From IMG/VR virus record IMGVR_UViG_3300005805_000044: a stretch of DNA of 64,000 nt; one strand, given 5' to 3'. Below are positions 56,818-64,000 of this stretch, piece by piece. The position numbers and the translations under genes were made by a program. This stretch comes from a virus. The notes below the pieces were generated by a model. The model did not search any database, was not told where the DNA came from, and was given only the letters and a program-made list of their open reading frames with translations. Every line of letters begins with the position of its first letter. Positions within the stretch are counted from its first letter, which is position 1.

Positions 56818-58581
56818 TTAACTTAATACTACCAACCATGGATCAGCTTGAGTTCCCGATCCACTTACTACACCAGATACAAATGGACTGACCTCCGCAT
56901 ATCTACTTAACGCGGTAGTTAAAGATGTATAATCAAATGGTGATGAAAATTGCATTAAATTACCACAACACAAATCTACACCCAGTCTATTATATGTGCC
57001 GGTAAATGATATAGCGATATCACTACCAGATTCATAGTCTGGGAACGATGATGGAGTTCCACCACCCCAAGATATGGTGCATAAATATTGACGGTTTGTA
57101 AAACCTGTAGGACCACCATGTGGATCATTCACGGCACATTCAAATGTAGTTCCGAGACCTTCTTCATTAAATGTATTGCCATTTGCATCGGCAGGAATTT
57201 CATTAACAACTACATCTGGGCTTGCGATTCCACTTCCGCCACAGTAATCACAAGTGCCAGCTTCTTGTTGAGCTTGAGTGCAACAGTCTGGACAACTCTC
57301 ACAACCCGGATCTGTTATTGGATCACAACAAGGTGGTTCAAACGAACAAGAACTTGGTGGAACAAAGTAAATCTTAGCATAAAATAAATTTTCTGGAGTT
57401 GTTGGTGTAGGGGTAATTGTAGGTGTTGGAGTTGGGGTATCTGTAGCTGTAGGAGTAGGTGTTGGAGTGTCCGTTGGAGTCGGGCTTGGAGTTGGTGTTG
57501 GAGTGTCCGTTGGAGTCGGGCTTGGAGTTGGTGTTGGCGTTGGGGTTGCCGTTGCAGTTGGCGTAGGCGTTGGAGTAGGCTCACCCGGTGCAGTTGTAGG
57601 TGTAGGTGTTGGAGTGTCGGTTGGCGTAGGAGTTGGTGTTACCGTTGGGGTAGGAGTAGGCGTAGGTGTGATTGTAGGAGTAGGAGTTGGGGTTACTGTA
57701 GGCGTTGGCGTTGGAGTAGGCGTTGGACCAATTGGTGTGTTGGTTGGAGTTGGGCTTGGTGTAGGTGTAGGAGTTACCGTAGGAGTAGGCGTCGGTGTTA
57801 ATGTTGGAGTAGGTGTTGGAGTTGGAGTAGATGTAGGTGTTGGAGTTGGAGTAGATGTAGGTGTAGGTTCGATATCACAACATTTTCCATCTTCATTAGG
57901 ATTTATAAAATATGAACCAAGACCACAAATATCAATTGGAATAGTCAAATCTGTGGTTGAAGCTTCAAAAGAATATTTGTTTATAAAATATGTTCCTGAC
58001 AATATTAAATTATAATTTCCATCATCAATTAGATCCGCAACAATGTCTCCACTTTGATTGGTAAACACGACACTATTTGGTCTAATTTGATCACCTGCTT
58101 GTGGTATGGTAAAATTTAATACAGATATATCATTAGTCAAACTACTGGTCATCATCGATGCATCATAACCATTTATACCAAACATGTTATATGCATTGTT
58201 GTAGTTATTATAATACATGTTTTTAATTGTATTATAAACTTGACGTTGATATGTTCCATCTAGATTTAATGGATTTGTAACTGGATTATAATCACTACTT
58301 CCAGAAGGATAAAACACTACACTTGATGTAACAAAAACACCAAGTTGAAAATTTATAGGAGAATCAAATTCACTAGTAGAAAGATATCCATCTACAGTTT
58401 GAACTGGCAAACAACTACCTGACAAATTATCACTACATTGGTTAGTTGGAAGTAATAATGGATATTCTTCTTCACCAATATTTGCTATAATCAAATCTGG
58501 AAAAATACTATTTGCTACTTGAGGTTTAGCAATAGTAAATGGAGTTACGATTATATCTTGATTTCTAAAAAATTTAATCAT
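56818..58581 (-). CDS. Virion-module protein with Pro-Thr mucin-like stalk and Cys-rich C-terminal domain
   Basis: N-terminal domain (GDQIRPNSV...DDGNYNL), about 155 aa (PT)n tract, then [10 protein letters not shown]...CESCPDCC...CDYC; motif at 58587-58594. Confidence 0.75.
   Translation of the reverse strand: MIKFFRNQDIIVTPFTIAKPQVANSIFPDLIIANIGEEEYPLLLPTNQCSDNLSGSCLPVQTVDGYLSTSEFDSPINFQLGVFVTSSVVFYPSGSSDYNPVTNPLNLDGTYQRQVYNTIKNMYYNNYNNAYNMFGINGYDASMMTSSLTNDISVLNFTIPQAGDQIRPNSVVFTNQSGDIVADLIDDGNYNLILSGTYFINKYSFEASTTDLTIPIDICGLGSYFINPNEDGKCCDIEPTPTSTPTPTPTSTPTPTPTPTLTPTPTPTVTPTPTPSPTPTNTPIGPTPTPTPTPTVTPTPTPTITPTPTPTPTVTPTPTPTDTPTPTPTTAPGEPTPTPTPTATATPTPTPTPSPTPTDTPTPTPSPTPTDTPTPTPTATDTPTPTPTITPTPTTPENLFYAKIYFVPPSSCSFEPPCCDPITDPGCESCPDCCTQAQQEAGTCDYCGGSGIASPDVVVNEIPADANGNTFNEEGLGTTFECAVNDPHGGPTGFTNRQYLCTISWGGGTPSSFPDYESGSDIAISFTGTYNRLGVDLCCGNLMQFSSPFDYTSLTTALSRYAEVSPFVSGVVSGSGTQADPWLVVLS
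57394..57868. repeat. Coding Pro-Thr repeat
   Basis: Degenerate ggngt/gtngg hexamer array; exact local duplication gttggagtgtccgttggagtcgggcttggagttggt. Confidence 0.9.
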
Positions 58582-58602
58582 CCCTATATAAATAGGATTA
58601 TT

Positions 58603-59712
58603 TTAGAAATCGATACGGACTTTTATTAATAGTTCACTATCAAAACTCTTTTGAACCGGTCTACTAATTTTACCAATTGCCAACAGTTCATTGTTACCAT
58701 TATATAGACCAACACTAGTAATATAAGTTCTTGGATTATTGATCAAGTCTTGATAAATAATAGTGCCTTTTGTTTTACCATCGGTTCCATTTGATACAAA
58801 AGTAGGATTGTTACTATAATTGAACTCTTTGTTCTTTACACGGACGAAGTAATTTGTTGATGGAACAAATTCACTCTTTCTAGCAGCCATTGGAACTCTT
58901 CTTACGTTTTTGATTGCGTTAAAAAAGTCACGTTGCCACAGACGATATGCGTTTTGAACTGAATTAGCTGCTACATAAGTGGATGAATTGGATAATCTTT
59001 GATCAATATATGTTCCGTGAGTAAAGCCAACTTGATTATTTGTCTTATCAGCATTAAATATTACAATACCATTAGATGGATAAAACAATCCAATACCAGC
59101 ATATACTGGACTATTATTTTTTAGATAAGGCGTAGGAACACCGTTAATTACTGATCCAGATATCAAATTATAAACGTTTTGTTGTTTGTTGATAACTTGT
59201 GAATCATCAATATAAGAATATGATCCAGAAGATCCAGATAAGTTGATTTGAATTTGACCCGGATCCAATTGATCTTTGAATTTATCTGGAGAAAAATTCA
59301 TTACAAAGATTTGTTCTCCATCAATTGGCGTAGATACGCTTCCAGAAGCAAAAGTAAACAATGTATCACCCGGTTGTAATAGTGTATTCTTATATTGAGA
59401 ATAAATTACTTTGGATTCATTTGTTAAAACTGGGGTTGTTGAACCAGTGTAGTCATATTTTGAACTACCACTATTTTCATAATCACCATAAGCAATAGCA
59501 AAATAAGTTTCTCCTCCCAATAAAACATTTAAATAATATTGTCCATTTTTAACATCAAATGGTGAAGATCCAGTTAAACTATTGGCTTGTGTAGATGATG
59601 TTGTAAAATTTGACTGCGTTACATATAAACTGCCGGTGCCGAATAATCCAGAAGATACTTGGTTTATTCTTCCTGATACAATATCATCGTTTGTAAATTG
59701 ACTAAATATCAT
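58603..59712 (-). CDS. Baseplate/fibre-attachment structural protein
   Basis: C-terminal EFNYSNNPTF...TYITSVGLYN..ELLAIGKISRP, paralogous to the C-terminus of 47478..50135. Confidence 0.6.
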   Translation of the reverse strand: MIFSQFTNDDIVSGRINQVSSGLFGTGSLYVTQSNFTTSSTQANSLTGSSPFDVKNGQYYLNVLLGGETYFAIAYGDYENSGSSKYDYTGSTTPVLTNESKVIYSQYKNTLLQPGDTLFTFASGSVSTPIDGEQIFVMNFSPDKFKDQLDPGQIQINLSGSSGSYSYIDDSQVINKQQNVYNLISGSVINGVPTPYLKNNSPVYAGIGLFYPSNGIVIFNADKTNNQVGFTHGTYIDQRLSNSSTYVAANSVQNAYRLWQRDFFNAIKNVRRVPMAARKSEFVPSTNYFVRVKNKEFNYSNNPTFVSNGTDGKTKGTIIYQDLINNPRTYITSVGLYNGNNELLAIGKISRPVQKSFDSELLIKVRIDF

Positions 59713-59721
59713 ATTTCAATA

Positions 59722-60366
59722 TTATGTTGTTGTTGTTGGGACTCTTACCGTTACTGTTATAGATGTATTACCGCCACTTTCATTACCAATAATTGTGATG
59801 TTGGTGGTTGTTGTTTTTGCTAACGAAGCATTTGGAACAAATCTAAACTTATTACCAACCACTGCTTGAGAAGTTTGTGAAGTCAAATCTCCAGCAAAAG
59901 ATGGAACTGTTGCCGTAGTGGAATTCAAACTATTTGTTTCTGTAACAATCAAAGTTCCAACATTTTTATTTGCTAATATTGCTGTATAACCCAAAGTTAC
60001 GTTGTAAGTTGGATTGGTGCTTGGACTAATACTAATATCTCCGGTATAATCACGATCTACAGCAATTACAGACTGTGCAACACTGATTGTTGGAACCGCA
60101 GTAACACCTTGATTTAGAGTTACCAATTTATATTTCATCAATTGCGATTCGTCAGTAATTGGTTCCATGATGGGAGTGTTACGAATAGCAATGTCGTAAT
60201 AAGCACTTCCCATTGGATGTGTTGGATTAAACTGTGTATAGTCAATTTCATCATCTGCTAGAGCAAACGCGGTAATGTTCAATCCGCCGGTTTTAGCAAG
60301 AATTTCACGGCCTTTTTGGGTCAAAACCGCGTTGATCGTAATCACGTTGTTGTCTAAGTATGCCAT
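59722..60366 (-). CDS. Baseplate/tail-collar-like structural protein
   Basis: VLTQKGREILA...ITAFALADDEIDY resembles fibre-collar N-terminal domains. Confidence 0.55.
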   Translation of the reverse strand: MAYLDNNVITINAVLTQKGREILAKTGGLNITAFALADDEIDYTQFNPTHPMGSAYYDIAIRNTPIMEPITDESQLMKYKLVTLNQGVTAVPTISVAQSVIAVDRDYTGDISISPSTNPTYNVTLGYTAILANKNVGTLIVTETNSLNSTTATVPSFAGDLTSQTSQAVVGNKFRFVPNASLAKTTTTNITIIGNESGGNTSITVTVRVPTTTT

Positions 60367-60412
60367 ATATTAATAATTATCAGTCATTTTAAGTTTTATA
60401 TCAAAATAGATA

Positions 60413-63400
60413 TTATAAATTTAGGATATATTCGTCCAGACTTGCACTGGTTTCCATAGAAGCAGTCAATGGAACTTGAACAAATAGAAGATCTGAATTG
60501 CCAGATGATCCTGTAAGAGTGCCATAAACTGGAAAATTACTACTACTAATATCCAAACTCAAATAGCCAGGTATTGTTGTAACTGGACTTGATCCATTTG
60601 GTATACCCTTTCTGTTAACTGTGGTAGTTGAATCATTTTTACCCTTGATATATTCGTAATATTTTATTTTTGCAGGTGCAAATACCTTTACGCCATTATT
60701 TACAACATAATTTGATCCAGTAATTGCAATGTATTTTTCTCTTGAACATGGTAAATTTAACTTACTCAAATGTCTTGAAGAATAACCTGAGTTTGATTCA
60801 CCTTCATATGGATTAGTAAGCGTTGAAGAACCAGTAACTGATCCAGAACCTACTATTTGAACCAAATTATAACTTGAAGTAAATGTTACTATCTCACCGT
60901 TATTATTTCTCATTTCATAATAATCGTTGGATGGAATATTATATGTATTTTTTATACTAAACCCAGTTGAGTCTACATTAATATATTTTCCGTATTTAGC
61001 AAATATAAAATCTCTATCGTCAATTGATGCTGGTATCTCAAATCTTGAAAAATTGTATTGATCGTGATCAGTCTGATAAGTGTTTAGTTTATCATCTGAT
61101 ACATTCATATCACTGCCCGTAGTAAACGTAGGTAGTAATGTTGCGGAATTATCAAAATATATGCTTGATGTATATAGTCCACTTACATTATAGGTAATAT
61201 CTTTATAATTAAACTTCTTTCTTTCTAGAATTGACGGTTCAATTAATAATCCGGTTTTTACAACAGCTCTATTTGGAGCTAAATTTTTTACATAATTAAA
61301 GACTGAAAAGTCAATGTAAAGTTTGTAAGTGGTGTAAAATTCTTGTGGATAAATATATTTGGTGTCAGTAGATGCAAAATCTCTTAGTCTAGCATCTAAC
61401 TCTGGATAATTTTGGGATGTTAAATATTTTGGATCACCAATTACATCTGTGATACCTTCCTTACCAATGAAGTTTTCAATTTTGTTTTCAAGGTATGTGT
61501 AAGGACTTATATAGAATCCAACTACGTTACTATCACTTCCAACAATATCATTTGTTTTTGTTGAGTAATCATATGGAACCAAATTGGATGTGGCTATTTC
61601 ATCAATTTTGTTAATTTTTACGTTGTTTTTATAATTTGGTCCAAAATTATTTGAATTGATTGCTTGTGGTAAAACAACTTTTTCAAATTGATATGGAAAC
61701 TCCGATACCCACGCCGGCGCACACGATGGATATGGTTGATCAACATAATCACCCGTAAAATTAACTGCTAAGAACGATGAAGTATAATAAATATTTTGGT
61801 TTGGTATTACAGATGAAGTTATAGATGATGTAAGAGACGCACTTAATGGCCACAATTGAACTGGCGTATCAAAACTCCATAAATATATTAGATTTCTATA
61901 TACATCTTCTTTGACTGGAATAGAGATAGAATCAATATTGTAACTGTGTTCATCAAAGTCCGACAAATCCAGAGGATCAGTCATAACTTTTATTTTATCA
62001 ATGTTACCGTCAAATTTAATATTAGTGTTGTAATTTCCGATATAATAACTACCACTTGAAAAATATTGATTTTTATCAAATTGTATTAATTTGGTGGTAA
62101 CACTTCTAAAGTTTCTTAGTGAACCCTCATACTGATTTACTGCTAATGTATAAGTGTTTGGAACATATTTTTCAGCATTTGATGATGTTATTGATGAAGT
62201 TAACACCGTAACAATTATTGATGCTGATAGATATTGATTCGTTGTTAGGTTTGTGGTCGGAGTCAAACTATCATACTGATATGTATCAGAAATATCTCTG
62301 GATACCATAAATGTATAAACATCTCCATTAAAATATGGAAGTTCAATACTTTCAATACTAGATGTATATGATTGTTCTGGTGGATGAATATCAAACACTA
62401 AAACTCCAGACTCAATTTGTGTTGATTTTCTAAGATATACTTGCCAATCAATTTTTCCATTTCTTACTTTTTTAACAAGTGGAACTCTATCTTTAAAATT
62501 ATAGTTTGTTGACTTTAGTCTGAATGAAGTTTCAAATGTATCATATCCAGTAAACAATTCTGAAGTTGAACGTGATGCTGACCACGATGTATTTGATGGT
62601 TTTGTAACAATTACTGATTGATCTGTAAAAGAATATTCATCTTTGTAATAGTCAAATTTGATATACCTGTCATCTTTGATTCTGGTTAAATAAATAATAT
62701 CTTCAAAATCGTAATAGTTTTGACGATTTACAGTAACATCTGTGCTACCATATTCTCTTAATTGAATAAGTTCTGCTGGAATACCAAATATTGATCTGAT
62801 CAAATCTAATGATGTTGATGTTCCTTTTGTTTTGTAAATGTATGGAAGATTATTAGCAAATCTATTTAATATTCTTTTACCATAATCGAAATAAGAACTT
62901 GAAAGAGAACTTGATATTTCACTATTATTAAACAAAAACTGTGACACATTACTATTCTGTAATTTAAAATTGTCAGTGTTCCAACTAAATGAATTTAATA
63001 ATTCGTCCAAAAAGTTCTTTGGATAATCACTGGTTTCTGATACACCAAGAGGATATGTTTTTGGAAATTTTTTGATATACACTAAAATATTATCAAAAAA
63101 ATGACCTACCATTGATGTGAATTTAAGATAGTCTGCTGATTCATTATCGTCCCTCAAATACTCAGGTAATTGATTGATTAAACTATCAACATTATTTCGA
63201 TCATAATCAATACCATCTAATATTTTCTCATCAATACTTGAAGTGTTAAAGAACAAATATGATTCGTATTCATCAAAAGAATTTAAAATAGCAATTTGTT
63301 CTTGTATGTATCGTGATTTTTCTACAGAGTATGATGCACTAATAGCTGATGTAACAGATGATACACGACTATCAATTGTATTTTTTGAATCCTCAATTTT

Positions 63401-64000
63401 ATTGTAATCAGATATTTTGTTTTTAGCAATTTTAGTTCTCAATTCAGCCGAAGAATAAACTATAAAATTATCAAAACTTGTATAATCGATCAACAGATCA
63501 TTTATTTTTTCTTTCAAACGAGATTGGGCAAAAAACAATGTGTCTGAATTATGGTCTGAAAATTTTTGATTTGTTGGGTCCGATGAATTAACGACCACAT
63601 CAAAATTTACACCACTCAATAAAACATTTCTTTTAACAATCTCTGTAAACAAATTGACTTTGAAATACAGCGGTGAGATAGAAATATTAGATACCCAACA
63701 TGTTGTTTTTACATCGTATTCAAGTGGAAGAGGTTCATCCAATTTAACTTGAACATTTACACGACCATCAATTGGATTAAAATAATTTGTATGACTTAAA
63801 ATTTTAACAAGAACGCCATTATCAAAATTCAAAGCATTTTTAAACAAACCAAAATATCTGTTGGCGTATTCTCCCAACAACAATTGCATCTGAGGTTCCA
63901 ACCAATCGGTATAAATAATTTTAATAAATACATCCAAAGCACTTTGTAATTGTATTTGGTTGACTGAGGTTTTTTGAAGAATTCTATCTTGAGAAACTTT
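60413..64000 (-). CDS. Large baseplate wedge-like protein; 5'-truncated by the window edge
   Basis: Frame stays open from the TTG at 63937 to 64000; LPEYL...MVGHFFD...NNLPYIYKTKGT motif of wedge proteins; LamG-like YYIG...FDGNIDKIK. Confidence 0.6.
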   Translation of the reverse strand, partial: KVSQDRILQKTSVNQIQLQSALDVFIKIIYTDWLEPQMQLLLGEYANRYFGLFKNALNFDNGVLVKILSHTNYFNPIDGRVNVQVKLDEPLPLEYDVKTTCWVSNISISPLYFKVNLFTEIVKRNVLLSGVNFDVVVNSSDPTNQKFSDHNSDTLFFAQSRLKEKINDLLIDYTSFDNFIVYSSAELRTKIAKNKISDYNKIEDSKNTIDSRVSSVTSAISASYSVEKSRYIQEQIAILNSFDEYESYLFFNTSSIDEKILDGIDYDRNNVDSLINQLPEYLRDDNESADYLKFTSMVGHFFDNILVYIKKFPKTYPLGVSETSDYPKNFLDELLNSFSWNTDNFKLQNSNVSQFLFNNSEISSSLSSSYFDYGKRILNRFANNLPYIYKTKGTSTSLDLIRSIFGIPAELIQLREYGSTDVTVNRQNYYDFEDIIYLTRIKDDRYIKFDYYKDEYSFTDQSVIVTKPSNTSWSASRSTSELFTGYDTFETSFRLKSTNYNFKDRVPLVKKVRNGKIDWQVYLRKSTQIESGVLVFDIHPPEQSYTSSIESIELPYFNGDVYTFMVSRDISDTYQYDSLTPTTNLTTNQYLSASIIVTVLTSSITSSNAEKYVPNTYTLAVNQYEGSLRNFRSVTTKLIQFDKNQYFSSGSYYIGNYNTNIKFDGNIDKIKVMTDPLDLSDFDEHSYNIDSISIPVKEDVYRNLIYLWSFDTPVQLWPLSASLTSSITSSVIPNQNIYYTSSFLAVNFTGDYVDQPYPSCAPAWVSEFPYQFEKVVLPQAINSNNFGPNYKNNVKINKIDEIATSNLVPYDYSTKTNDIVGSDSNVVGFYISPYTYLENKIENFIGKEGITDVIGDPKYLTSQNYPELDARLRDFASTDTKYIYPQEFYTTYKLYIDFSVFNYVKNLAPNRAVVKTGLLIEPSILERKKFNYKDITYNVSGLYTSSIYFDNSATLLPTFTTGSDMNVSDDKLNTYQTDHDQYNFSRFEIPASIDDRDFIFAKYGKYINVDSTGFSIKNTYNIPSNDYYEMRNNNGEIVTFTSSYNLVQIVGSGSVTGSSTLTNPYEGESNSGYSSRHLSKLNLPCSREKYIAITGSNYVVNNGVKVFAPAKIKYYEYIKGKNDSTTTVNRKGIPNGSSPVTTIPGYLSLDISSSNFPVYGTLTGSSGNSDLLFVQVPLTASMETSASLDEYILNL

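Noticed and set aside
55927-58015. Plus-strand Val-Gly and Cys/Trp/Arg repeat ORFs and alternate-frame Gln/Leu/His ORFs
   Set aside because: Shadow frames of the Pro-Thr repeats; variation is synonymous in the PT frame
1-64000. Stop-codon reassignment as seen in some large phages
   Set aside because: Core genes are full length in the standard code; TAG (20454) and TGA (ATGA overlaps) act as stops
1-64000. tRNA, rRNA, integrase or transposase genes
   Set aside because: None recognised; intergenic gaps are short and occupied by motifs or terminators, though no covariance search was run

Overview
AT-rich segment of a large, T4-related contractile-tailed dsDNA phage, with no host genes recognised. 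Almost all genes are on the minus strand and form the virion morphogenesis region: baseplate/fibre genes, tail sheath, terminase, portal, prohead protease, scaffold, major capsid, neck, tail terminator, tail tube, tail chaperone and tape measure. A small replication block is included (RuvC-like resolvase, primase, fused Mre11-Rad50). The standard genetic code works, and both terminal genes run off the window. Most notable: a translationally coupled five-glycosyltransferase operon (GT60-like polypeptide GlcNAc transferase, GT4-like, GT-A-like, GT25-like, GT11-like fucosyltransferase) directly downstream of two virion-module genes with long Pro-Thr mucin-like stalks, a candidate phage-encoded mucin-type O-glycosylation pathway. 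Other signals: a shared N-terminal MIKLxxLLxE-type peptide on unrelated enzymes (candidate capsid-targeting signal); a +1/-2 frameshift in the tail chaperone; a TATTTATW motif before most genes that is the reverse complement of the T4 late promoter; a unimolecular-spanin-like lipoprotein; and a Mom-like DNA modification gene. All family calls are by-eye motif recognition; no database search was run.
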